Origin: Candidatus Latescibacterota bacterium
GTDB lineage: Bacteria > Latescibacterota > UBA2968
Length of the DNA: 64,000 bases
Reading direction: 5' to 3'
NCBI GenBank assembly: GCA_965222605.1
Contig: OZ244960.1
Coordinates: 1,600,001 to 1,664,000 of the forward strand
Part shown: positions 1 to 10,000 of the stretch, piece after piece
How positions within the stretch are numbered: the stretch's first letter is position 1
Layout of the letters: every line of letters starts with the position of its first letter
Translations under genes and position numbers: made by a program
The notes under the pieces: generated by a model
Seen by the model: the letters and a program-made list of their open reading frames with translations, nothing else
Told to the model about the DNA's origin: nothing
The model's database searches: none

Positions 1-21
1 ATCTTGATGTTCAAGAGCCAT
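1..21 (-). CDS. 5' end of a further operon gene (MALEHQD...), truncated by the window edge
   Basis: ATG at 21 preceded by GAGGTG RBS-like sequence, overlapping the stop of the DUF262 gene; open to position 1. Confidence 0.55.
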
Positions 22-1051
22 TCTTCACCTCTAATGCTGTCTTGAAGCGCCGTTTTAGAATTTCATTTCTTTGTTTTAATTTCTTGCTCTCACCGCCGGA
101 TATTCTGAAGGCAAAGATATAATCGTAAAGGTCTCGTTGTTTTTGTGTTGGTTTTCCACTCAACAGTTTTTCCGGTTCCACCGCGTGTTTGAGGCGTTGT
201 TGGTCGAATTTCAAATAAGTCTCTGCAAACTCCTTTGGCCTGATCTTGTTTAGTTTTGCCTTGTTTTGGTAGAGAAGATAAAACAAATCAACAAAGATCC
301 ATTTTTGCTTAATCCGTCTTGAGGTGTATTCGTTTACTTTATCGAGAAAAGTCAAAATGTTGTTTGCTTCAGCCATTACCGGAGTATAGGTATTACTGTC
401 TGTAGATTCGTAGTCCCTCATTAGCTGTAGTGCCTTTAAATCATGTTTTGCTCTGTGGATGCAGATTGACGTTGTGTGTGCAAGGTAATCCTGATGCTTG
501 AAGCGAGCAGAGGGAATTTTTGAATTTGAAAAGAATGGATGAGCATGAGCTACTCCATCAATCGCATGGCGGAGACCAGTTTGCACAGCATTTCTAAGCT
601 CTGGAGAATTCAGGTGAACTCCCATTTGCATCCGGGAAAACAAGCGTGAAATCTCTAGCCCCTGTGCATCCTTAACAAAGGCAATAACGACTTCAAAATC
701 AGTAATCTGGTTCTGGAGGGTCTTTGGTAGATCGCAATACACCTTTCCTGCAATATCGATATCTTCGATCTTATATAAGTCTTTTGTAAGTGCATATTCC
801 CCATCAATGAAATTCCAAAGCGAGCGGAGACGTTGCTGTCCATCAACTACTTCATATTTGTAAGGGATTTCGGACGTGCATTCTCGTAGATAGATCATTG
901 GAATGTCATATCCACGCAAAATGGAATCAATCAAGAGTGCCTGCTTAGGAATAGACCAAACCGATCCCCGTTGCCAAGCCGGATTTAGATGAATTTCATT
1001 CCGAATTCCTATAAGATAACTGAGTTTCTTTGCCTGATGAGATATTTCCAT
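11..1051 (-). CDS. DUF262 (ParB-like/GmrS, SspE N-terminal-like) domain protein, no HNH domain
   Basis: Motifs P.WQRGSVWS, LIDSILRGYDIP, YEVVDGQQRL, LFSRMQMG; RBS AGGAGA. Confidence 0.85.
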   Translation of the reverse strand: MEISHQAKKLSYLIGIRNEIHLNPAWQRGSVWSIPKQALLIDSILRGYDIPMIYLRECTSEIPYKYEVVDGQQRLRSLWNFIDGEYALTKDLYKIEDIDIAGKVYCDLPKTLQNQITDFEVVIAFVKDAQGLEISRLFSRMQMGVHLNSPELRNAVQTGLRHAIDGVAHAHPFFSNSKIPSARFKHQDYLAHTTSICIHRAKHDLKALQLMRDYESTDSNTYTPVMAEANNILTFLDKVNEYTSRRIKQKWIFVDLFYLLYQNKAKLNKIRPKEFAETYLKFDQQRLKHAVEPEKLLSGKPTQKQRDLYDYIFAFRISGGESKKLKQRNEILKRRFKTALEVKNGS

Positions 1052-1087
1052 TTACACTTCTCCTCATTATCCTGATTGTATGCGGCT

Positions 1088-1540
1088 TTACTTTATTCTT
1101 AGAACTTCATCTAAAGCGTCAGAAAGATTCCAGATTTCGTCCTGATCGCCATCGCGTAGCATTTCTACAACATGGGGGACCCCCGCAGCAGCCAGACCAT
1201 TGGCTATGGCTATCATGCGCCGTGGCTGTCCCACGATTTCAACCTTTCCATCAATGGCGATGGCAACAAGCATTATTGCTTGAACTCGCCAACTATCGCT
1301 ATTGAGGACTGAACCTTCATGGAACTTGAAGGTTCTCTGATCTGCCAAGTCAACTGGCGTAAGTCCTTTTCGTGCTGCAAGCGACAGTCCGACAAACCAG
1401 AGATCGACCATGCGCGGGAAGGGGCTTTGATCAATGACGGCACGCCCTCCTGTTTGGCAGTACCTATCATAGACATCGCGTTGCTCAATAGGCACAATTA
1501 GATCAATGCCAGCGAATGGGTTAGGATATCGCTGTGTCAT
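1088..1540 (-). CDS. DndE-like / 'DNA phosphorothioation-associated protein 4'-like protein (150 aa)
   Basis: Start moved to ATG 1540 (RBS AGGAGG, 2 nt after ATPase stop); pattern PF..MVDLWFVGLSLA..KG ... VAIAIDG..EIV...IANGLAAAG recalls that family; directly follows a DndD-like ATPase. Confidence 0.55.
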   Translation of the reverse strand: MTQRYPNPFAGIDLIVPIEQRDVYDRYCQTGGRAVIDQSPFPRMVDLWFVGLSLAARKGLTPVDLADQRTFKFHEGSVLNSDSWRVQAIMLVAIAIDGKVEIVGQPRRMIAIANGLAAAGVPHVVEMLRDGDQDEIWNLSDALDEVLRIK

Positions 1541-1542
1541 TC

Positions 1543-3702
1543 CTACCCTCCTAAAGATGTCTGTTGCATTTCTATTTCTAGTTCTAAATCCATTCGTCGC
1601 TGGCAAACCGGACATTCCATGCGGTGATTGCACTCGCACCTCAGAACCGTATGTTCATTTACCATCGGGTCATTGATCAGCATTTGGGGATAATGTGCTG
1701 GATTTGTCATCGTGATTATTTGTCCTGCTTCGGTATCCAAAATGTCCTCGCAGTCTGTGATCTCAGAGCGTGTGAGAAACAGGACAAGTTGTGAACTTTC
1801 GCGTATAGAGGTCTTAAGTACCGACCGCTTAACATAGCCACTCATCATTCCAAGCGGCGTATCAATCACATTGGGGGCCTCAACCTCACTCACCTTGGTC
1901 AGAGCGAGAATGAATGCCAAAGTCAGTGCTCGCCGAGAAGCACCATTCAGATCTCGATCAGGATTTAGAGTCCGATCATCCGGACCATAAACTAAAATAT
2001 CGAAATCTTTGCTAATTTTCGCCTTTTGAATAATTGCGTTCTGTTCAGGATCGGCACCGATCATTTCTAAAAAAATGGTGTTCATTAACTCACTGACCTT
2101 AGTCAATTCTTCATTCGTGATCCGATTATAGGAATTCTCCAGAACTCGTTTTACATCTTGCGTTACTTCAAGCTGAGCTAATATGCGATCTCCTCTCCTC
2201 TGTTTTCGAAGAAGGTTGTTGCGCTGTGTGCTCAGAGAAATTTCTTCTTTCTGTAGCTCTTCGAGCAGGGTTTCGCACCGCACCTTCTCCTCGTTGAAGC
2301 GATTGCGCTGTTCTGCATATTGTCGCCTAGTATCACGAAGACCCTGAATATCTGTATCTGGGATATCATCAAGTTTCGCTTCGAGAGCCTTTAGTCTATC
2401 TTCTTGCTGTGTGAGTCTGAGGTCTTGCTCATCGCGGTGCTTGAATACCTTGTCATATGCACTGAGCCACCGTTCTTTATCGATGACATGATCCGGCTGA
2501 AGCGACTGGGAACCAAAATAAAGGTCAGTAATTATTTTTTGTAGTTCATCAGCCTTCCGGCTCTCATCAATCAGGCACTGGATATGGTCTCTTCGGTGCT
2601 TGCCATCAACATCATTTGGATCCAGCGACTCACCGCAAATACAAATGGTACTCTTGAGGCGTTCTTCGAGGATGGGAATTGTCTCGTTGGGTATCTTGCC
2701 TTGGACATGCAGCTTGTTCAACTCTCCAAGACTTTTTTTTAATACCGGAGCGAGCAAGTCACGCGAAAGGGACAAACTGCGAAACAAGTCTGAATGCTCT
2801 TTACCTGTGGTCTTAATTTGTTCCTTGATCTGCTTTATCTGCGACTCAGTTTGTTCGATATCGCGCTTGAGTCCTTCCCTATCACCTTTGATCAAGGCTT
2901 CATCGATCTGCTTTTGAACTTCGACGTACTTTTCATCAAATACCGAGGACTGAGTCTTAGCATCTTCGCTTCTTTTTTTTAGATCTGCCGAGTCTTTATC
3001 AATCTGGTCTAATCGAGTCGTGATACGGTTAAGTTGCTCATCGGTCCCAACATTCTTTGCTGCTTTATTGACCTCAGATGCAGCTTTTTTAACATGCCCG
3101 AGGGCATCCTCAATCACGCCAAGCCCTAACAGAGAACGGATCGCTTTTTCAACGCGGTCGCGCTTAGTTCTAACAGCCACATCTGCCTCAATGAAGCTCA
3201 GCACACGATCACCGTCTGTGAAGAATACTTCCCGCAATTCAGATGGCAGTTCCTCGTTAATATATGCTTCAGGTGGATCAATCGGCACACTGCCAGTATC
3301 ATCTAAAAGAAACAGCTTTACCGTTGACGGGCTACGTTCCCATTTCGCTCCATTCAATGTCTCGTAAGAGAACCGGATAATGCGGTACTGTCTTTTGGTT
3401 TCCGTTAAGCCCCTTGAACTACGCCGCAATGTTGTCGTTTCAAAATCTACCTCTGCGGATATTTGAACTCGACTGTTAGCCGATGCCTCCCAGTCAATTG
3501 GATGAAGGCGGTAATCCCGTCCTCTATTGGGCAGTGCATTCTCTCCATAGAAAGCCCACTGTAGGCCGTTCAAAATAGTGGTCTTTCCAGACTCATTTTC
3601 TGCCCGGATAACTGTCAATTTTTTTGCGCTATCTGTGGAAAAATCCAACTCCAGATGGCGCAAAAGGCGAAAGTTTTCAAATTTAGCGCGGATCAGCTTC
3701 AT
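1543..3702 (-). CDS. DndD-like SMC/ABC-type coiled-coil ATPase with CxC zinc hook
   Basis: FENFR N-terminus, Walker A AENESGKTT, FFTDGD Q-loop region, long coiled coils with central CICG, signature LNGASRR, Walker B VIDTPLG. Confidence 0.85.
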   Translation of the reverse strand: MKLIRAKFENFRLLRHLELDFSTDSAKKLTVIRAENESGKTTILNGLQWAFYGENALPNRGRDYRLHPIDWEASANSRVQISAEVDFETTTLRRSSRGLTETKRQYRIIRFSYETLNGAKWERSPSTVKLFLLDDTGSVPIDPPEAYINEELPSELREVFFTDGDRVLSFIEADVAVRTKRDRVEKAIRSLLGLGVIEDALGHVKKAASEVNKAAKNVGTDEQLNRITTRLDQIDKDSADLKKRSEDAKTQSSVFDEKYVEVQKQIDEALIKGDREGLKRDIEQTESQIKQIKEQIKTTGKEHSDLFRSLSLSRDLLAPVLKKSLGELNKLHVQGKIPNETIPILEERLKSTICICGESLDPNDVDGKHRRDHIQCLIDESRKADELQKIITDLYFGSQSLQPDHVIDKERWLSAYDKVFKHRDEQDLRLTQQEDRLKALEAKLDDIPDTDIQGLRDTRRQYAEQRNRFNEEKVRCETLLEELQKEEISLSTQRNNLLRKQRRGDRILAQLEVTQDVKRVLENSYNRITNEELTKVSELMNTIFLEMIGADPEQNAIIQKAKISKDFDILVYGPDDRTLNPDRDLNGASRRALTLAFILALTKVSEVEAPNVIDTPLGMMSGYVKRSVLKTSIRESSQLVLFLTRSEITDCEDILDTEAGQIITMTNPAHYPQMLINDPMVNEHTVLRCECNHRMECPVCQRRMDLELEIEMQQTSLGG

Positions 3703-3944
3703 TGGATACTCCCCTCAACCATTTTGGTTTGACTCCGCTTCTCCGAGAGGAAATGGCCAGCCGCATTACACTTGTCGTTTATCTTTTTTTGAATATCCGT
3801 TCTCGAGACGCGATGTGCTCTTTCATACTGAAGGATATCAGAAATCACTTCGATCATCTCTTCCTTGTATCCGTCGCATCTCTCCTCAATATTTTTACAC
3901 TCATCAAGAATGATCGTGATGATCTTTCGTTCGTTGAGTGGCAT
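3699..3944 (-). CDS. Small protein associated with the CxC/DndD-like ATPase (81 aa)
   Basis: RBS GGGAGG; ATGA overlap with the ATPase; lies between helicase and ATPase. Confidence 0.75.
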   Translation of the reverse strand: MPLNERKIITIILDECKNIEERCDGYKEEMIEVISDILQYERAHRVSRTDIQKKINDKCNAAGHFLSEKRSQTKMVEGSIQ

Positions 3945-3955
3945 TATTCCCTCCC

Positions 3956-6169
3956 TTATACATAAATTGCATTAACGAGTTGATCAATTATGCTCAATGG
4001 TCCATCAGGTCTGCCGGCATTCCGCGCAAGGCTGGCAAATTCCTGTACCCTTAAGAGTTCCGAGCGAATAAGATTACGGGCTTCATCGTCGATATTATCT
4101 AAGTCAGGCGGCAATGCGATAAAGTCGTGAATTTCGCTATGCGTCTTGCCAGTCTCGCTACATGTGCGGAGAAGCCTACCACGACGCTGTATCCACTGCC
4201 GTTCCACGGTGGTGCTTGCAAGGATAAAGGCTTTTTTGATCTGAGGAATGTTTACTCCCTCATCAAGCACGCGCTTCGCAGTGAGAAAGCGGTATATTCC
4301 TTCTTGAAAGGACTGGATAATTTGCGCTGTCTTTTCACGATTTGCTGTCTCTTCATGTGTGATTTGATGAAAGAGTATCCCATGTGCTTTCAACAACGCA
4401 TTAACAGCTTCAAGTTGTTGAGGAGCTTTGTCCGAAGCATAAATCAACGTGTGGCAAAGTGTCCGAAGGTCTTCTCGTTGCAGAGCCGCTTCTAAGACTT
4501 CAATCTTGTTTTCAGCGTTTTCTAAAAGTGCCCGTCGATCCCTTAATAGCTTCGTGAGATACTCATTTGGTTCCCCGTTCTCCTGACGCCAAGCAATCGC
4601 CTTAATCTTCGCTGTGAGATCATACCATTCGTCCATTTCATACTGTGTGAGTTCTACCGGATGGACGTAGTAATCGTATTCAACTAAGCAGCGTCCAATC
4701 GCCTCGTTGAGCGTGAACTGGAAGACAACCGGGCCAAAAAATGAAAACAGACCTTCTGTCCCTTCGTCGTCGTATTGACGAATAGGTGTTGCCGACAGCC
4801 CGAGCCTATAATCAAAGAAAGAGGGTGGATCGCTAATAAATCCCTCGCTTCCCAGATTGTGGGCCTCATCGGCGATGAGCAATGTTGTACAATCAAATTT
4901 CTCAACTTCAGCCTTAAACTCGCTACTGCAAAGAGTGCTATGAGAAACAACAACGGCTCCAACATCAATTGTTTTATTACGAAATCGCCGTTTGATCCTA
5001 TTAAGCTCACGCGCCCGTCCGCGGACTCCGCCAGCCGTGGTCAGATTAACTGGCTTCAGTCCAAAGGGCATGATCTCATCACACCATTGTTGGATCAGGG
5101 GGACGTAAGGCGCAGCAACGACAATCAACAGTGGTTTGTGAGCTTCATAAAGTCTATACGCACAAATCATGGCCGTGATTGTCTTGCCAGACCCAGTAGC
5201 CATTTCCAAGACACCCTGATAATCGGCTTCACACCAAGCATTCACAGCTCTGCCTTGATGTTCAAACGGCCCGTCCTCGAATCGAAGTTTTTCCGGTATG
5301 GCAAACAAATCGTACGAAATTGGGGGTAACTCGTAAGGTTCAAGAGGTTTTTCCGCAACTCTGGTTGCACGGCGATAGATTGCCTGTAAATCCGCTTCTG
5401 TTGGGGAAGTACCGGACTGGTAGGCCTGCAATAGCCTTTCCTGAATGGCCTGCGGCATTCCAACTACGACGCAACTATTATCCTTGTTCTCCCAAAGGCG
5501 TGCAAACTGGTCGCAAAATTTTTCTGTAGTGTAGCGTTGGTTGGGATCTTCCCAAGATTTAGAAACGGCAACCTGCTCTATGTTTTTCCAAATACCGGCA
5601 TGAGTTACATTACTCGATCCATGCGCTGCCAGCACATCATCGTCTCTATGAAAGAGCCAAACCTTAGGATGAAAAAGAGCGTCTTTCATCAGCGCGATCT
5701 TAATTTCGATACGGCCTGTACGCAACAACCATGCAAGACATTTTAGCGTGTGTTCCTCAATCAGGTCTTCAGTAACAACGATCTCTTTCATCGCAGCATA
5801 GGCGATATCTTCTGGTAAACTCACACCTTCTTCGATTGCAGTCCTATCTTCGTCGCGGAGAAAAGGACTGATGATTAGGCGAAAACTTTCTTGTGAGCAA
5901 TTTATAAAAGTAGCGAGACCTGGAGCTAAAGACACCAAGACCTCGCTGGAAAAGAAGCCTGCCATGCAATCAACTTGGTCGGCTATCTGAAAACCTGGTA
6001 TGAGCACCTCTTCAGCCAATGGATCCTCAGGCAACATGTAAAGTGGCTTGATATCAGATGCTGACCGAAGATTCTGGACAACTGAGCTACTAGCGGGCTT
6101 TCGCCCAGAGCCAACTTTTCTCACTTCCAGATTTCGCAAATCATATTCTGGCCGAAGTTCGTCCTGCAT
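3956..6169 (-). CDS. HKD/PLD-nuclease + SF2 DEAH helicase (phosphorothioation-associated restriction enzyme-like)
   Basis: FHPKVWLF..D...GSSN PLD motif; MATGSGKT, IADEAHN, LSAT, LDEGVNIP, QRRGRLLR helicase motifs. Confidence 0.85.
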   Translation of the reverse strand: MQDELRPEYDLRNLEVRKVGSGRKPASSSVVQNLRSASDIKPLYMLPEDPLAEEVLIPGFQIADQVDCMAGFFSSEVLVSLAPGLATFINCSQESFRLIISPFLRDEDRTAIEEGVSLPEDIAYAAMKEIVVTEDLIEEHTLKCLAWLLRTGRIEIKIALMKDALFHPKVWLFHRDDDVLAAHGSSNVTHAGIWKNIEQVAVSKSWEDPNQRYTTEKFCDQFARLWENKDNSCVVVGMPQAIQERLLQAYQSGTSPTEADLQAIYRRATRVAEKPLEPYELPPISYDLFAIPEKLRFEDGPFEHQGRAVNAWCEADYQGVLEMATGSGKTITAMICAYRLYEAHKPLLIVVAAPYVPLIQQWCDEIMPFGLKPVNLTTAGGVRGRARELNRIKRRFRNKTIDVGAVVVSHSTLCSSEFKAEVEKFDCTTLLIADEAHNLGSEGFISDPPSFFDYRLGLSATPIRQYDDEGTEGLFSFFGPVVFQFTLNEAIGRCLVEYDYYVHPVELTQYEMDEWYDLTAKIKAIAWRQENGEPNEYLTKLLRDRRALLENAENKIEVLEAALQREDLRTLCHTLIYASDKAPQQLEAVNALLKAHGILFHQITHEETANREKTAQIIQSFQEGIYRFLTAKRVLDEGVNIPQIKKAFILASTTVERQWIQRRGRLLRTCSETGKTHSEIHDFIALPPDLDNIDDEARNLIRSELLRVQEFASLARNAGRPDGPLSIIDQLVNAIYV

Positions 6170-6213
6170 TATTGTTTTATCCTTACACTCTGCCTATGTG
6201 CGTACATAACTGA

Positions 6214-7020
6214 CTACAAATGACAAATCGCACACCCCTCAGTCTCATCAATCACGGGCAAGTCTCTGAGGGGTTGATCTGCAATGTCGTCTAAGGTTTT
6301 ACCATCCACCCAGGTAAATTTCTTCCCATTCTTCATCTGCTCGTACTCCTTTGCTTTCTCAAACAAATCGGGATGTTCTTGTTTTAACCTCTGCCACTCC
6401 CCAATCTGCTGATAAAAACAGAAGTAGCACCCTGACCGAGACCGCCACTTGTAATACTCAGGCAGTCCCAAACCCGATTCTTCCAAAATTTGCACAATAT
6501 CCGACAGGCCAAGCCCATCGTCCTTAAACGGATAAACGGGAATAATATTGGGCTGTTGAGAAATCGAGGGTGGTTTTTTTGAGATGTACCCATCCCTGTC
6601 TTCATCGCCGCGGATGCCAATATAGCTATACGCCCGGCTATCGCCAACGTAATCTTCAAAAGGTTCAATCTTCAACACGCGCGTACACCACCGCGATCTC
6701 GGGCTGGGCAAATAGCCGCTGTATATCTCATTTAAATACATATCAAAAGGATTACGCCCGGGCTTCTTCTCCACCCCCAAACTGTCGAGCGCGTTTAGAC
6801 GGCGAATATCGACGCCAAGCAGAGCCTCTAAGCACTCCAAATACTCGTACGTTTCATCTAATTCACATCCGGTATCACAAAAAACATACTCCGCAGGGAT
6901 TTGGGGATAATTCTGCCGCATATAAATGGCGAGAGCCGCGGAATCTTTACCCCCTGAAACACTGACGATATGCCGGATGTCATCAGACAGATTGTTCAAC
7001 GCCTCTTGTATGGTTGCCAT
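6214..7020 (-). CDS. sspD: PAPS-reductase-family protein, SspD-like
   Basis: Start moved to ATG 7020 (RBS GGAGAGG); SGGKDS PP-loop, FCDTG, RWCTRVLK, RSGCYFC, C-terminal CAICHL; follows DUF4007 and ATPase genes. Confidence 0.8.
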   Translation of the reverse strand: MATIQEALNNLSDDIRHIVSVSGGKDSAALAIYMRQNYPQIPAEYVFCDTGCELDETYEYLECLEALLGVDIRRLNALDSLGVEKKPGRNPFDMYLNEIYSGYLPSPRSRWCTRVLKIEPFEDYVGDSRAYSYIGIRGDEDRDGYISKKPPSISQQPNIIPVYPFKDDGLGLSDIVQILEESGLGLPEYYKWRSRSGCYFCFYQQIGEWQRLKQEHPDLFEKAKEYEQMKNGKKFTWVDGKTLDDIADQPLRDLPVIDETEGCAICHL

Positions 7021-10000
7021 GTAAATCCTCTCCAGTGTTGTCTTCAAGAATATGTGCAAACAACTCACGCGCTTCTTTCGGGCCAACAATATCTGTCAAA
7101 CGTTCATACATTATATTCATACGTTCTTGCACCAAATTTGCCAAACCATTTTTGACTGCTCCACTTACCTTAAACTCAAATGACAAAGCGGATTCCTCAA
7201 TACGTCTCACTGCACTGTGAATTTCCCGATCAAAATTTGCGATGCAGCTATCATCCCATCGGTTAATCGTCTTTTGTAGGAATAAACCCGAAAGCGAATC
7301 AATAAGTTTGGCATCAGATGGATACGGCATAAGCATACGGGACAGAAGACCTTTAGACTCATTATCACTTAGCGCATCAGATAGTTCATCGGGAAAACAC
7401 AATGCCCAGCGACGGGCTATTTCCTTTACCTGTCCATTTTCAGATTTCCAGTTCAAGGATAGCGCACGGCGCAAAGAAGAAATCGCTTTTAGCTGATAAC
7501 TATCAATGACTTCAGAGAGTTCATCTTTGCATTTTTCGAGTGACTCCAACAATACATGTTGCTCATGAATCGAGCAGTCCAATGCTCTTGGAATGCGCTC
7601 AAATAGCAGTTGCACCGGATCAGACGATTGACGAATTACTGTTTGGAAGCGACGGGTTCGCTGTGTCAAATATCTTGTTGAAAGTGCACCAGCAGGAAGC
7701 CCCATCTTCCAGTTTTCAAGCGCGTCATAGCAGGCCCGAATAAGATCATTTCCAGTTGTTGACCTTGCTTGAGAGCCAAAGAGTTCGTGAACAGCGTTGA
7801 GATAATCAAGTTTTGTCTGATCAAGGTCTAAGACAATAAATTCATATTTCTCCGGTTCACGACATAACTGCTCAATCTCAGAAGGCAAAATATCAGATAC
7901 GTAACCTCCCCCCTTATAGCGTAGCAAATACACACTGGGAAACGCTTTGAGACCTGCGGCGAAGAGAATAGGGAGCAAACCAGCGCGAACCCCGAAAGGT
8001 GGTTTCATCAGTTCATCAAAGAGATCTGGGATATCCTTGGGCTTTTCCGATGAATCTGTGAAAAACTGCTGAATCTTGCTCCATACCTTTTGAAGTCCAG
8101 GGTCCTTAACCTGATCGGGTAAAGCGTATTTCCAACCTTCACCCTTATCAGTGTAATATAGACCTGTATGAAAGAGAATGGTTCGGAACATGGACGCTTC
8201 CGGGGGATTGCCTTCTATACCTAGCATCTCCTGACCTGAACGCTCAAGAATACCGAGCAAGAGCTTCTTACGCGAATTGACCAAAGTAGGAGTAGGCTTG
8301 TGCCGAACAATCATCTCGTTATTGATCTTGGGAGTATAGAGAAAAATTCTCTGCATGATCTTGGACAACTCGTTCCGCAAATCATAAGCATTTTTAACTT
8401 GTAACTCACTTCCCTTATAAAACCAGCGTGGCCCTTCACTACCCGGCAGGATCAACCGATCAAGGAGCTTTTGAAGATGGCTACGGGCATCATCTGTCAT
8501 CTGTTGAATTTCAGACAACACCATCGGATCTGATCCCACCAGCTTATCATCTCCTTGCATCTGAGTTAAACACCATACTTCCAAAGCTGCCTCAAACAGA
8601 GGAACGGGTGCCCTGGGCATCGCAAGAATAACCCGTTCATCATGCAGGTAATTGGCAGCAACTCGCTCTGCTTCCTGAAGCTCCTCCATTGTCTCGGCAA
8701 TCACATATATAATTTTGCCATCACATCCAACAGGTACGTCTAAGCATTCGTCCAGTTTTTCCAGACTCCAATACTCTCCCTGTAGAAAACGTCTGATATG
8801 GAAATCACTATTATATCTGACCGGCCGCCAGACAGGGGGATTGGCCTCATCTATCAAAAAAGTAATAAAATCAAATGTTCTCCGCTGCCGTGACTTCTCT
8901 TCTTCAAGCCTGCCCCGAAGATCGGCATCCGTCCCATGCCAAACAGAAACCTCATCACTGTGTTTTCTGTGTAAAAGGAGCTTCTTGTCTATGAGTTGAT
9001 CAACAACCTCTTCTCCCTCCTGTGATCCATTACTGACTACCCCAGCACCTGCATAGCCGCGCAGGGCAAATAGCAGCAAATCGCGGGACGTGCGGGACCG
9101 CTCGCCATTTACGCCAAAACCCAGCAGACTTGCAGTTCTCAGTGCCGTTGCCGCCAAGTCATCATCGTCGAGCTTTGAGAGAGCATTCTGTGTTTCAAGC
9201 CATTGTCTATATGTTCCGCCTACAGCCGTATCTGTACGCATCTCTGGTGAAAAGTATTCGTAGAGATGATCCGGCTTAACATGATTTTGAAAGTCTATAA
9301 AATTGAGAAAACTGAACAGCGTCCTTTCATTTTGCGCGACCCGACCAGAAATGCGTGGTAACAAGTACAAAGTGGTGGGTTCCAGGGGATATGCACGGCG
9401 CAAGAGCGACTGGAGTTCCGATACAGTAAAGTCGGAAAACAGCCCAAGTTGCTTGCACTCTAATGCAGAAGATTTTACTTGTTCATCAGGCAAGATATTA
9501 GAGCAATTCTGTTCGGAAACCACTTCTGATAGCAAGCGGTATATTTCCTTGCTATCGTCGATATACTGAACGGTTTGGAAGCGACCCTCAATTTTTCTCC
9601 ATTCTGCACGAACCGAAGCAGGTGAGTTGCTCACATATTGCAACAACTCCTGATGCAACAACAATCCGAGCGTTACGGGAATGGCCTTAGACCGACTCAC
9701 ACTCTCAGCTAACAATTGAATTTCACTCAAAGCAGCAGAACGCCCCTCGGCAATTAAAGACTCAATATGGCGTCCAAACTCATCCCACAAAATCACAACT
9801 CGGTCACAGCCCGCCGCACGCGCCTTATCCCGAACCGCGCCGAGCAATTCTATTGCCTGATCAATCGTCTCACACTGCATGGATTCAATTGTACGCGCTT
9901 GACGACCCAGCTTGATACGCCCCATCCCTTTGAGCGCGGCATCTTTTAGACTCTCGCCCAAATTTTGACAATAACCCTGCAATGCCAGCACAAGCCCTTT

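Noticed and set aside
1088-7020. Canonical dndBCDE operon
   Set aside because: The PAPS-reductase protein is short and SspD-like rather than DndC-like, is separated from the ATPase by a helicase, and no DGQHR DndB is present.
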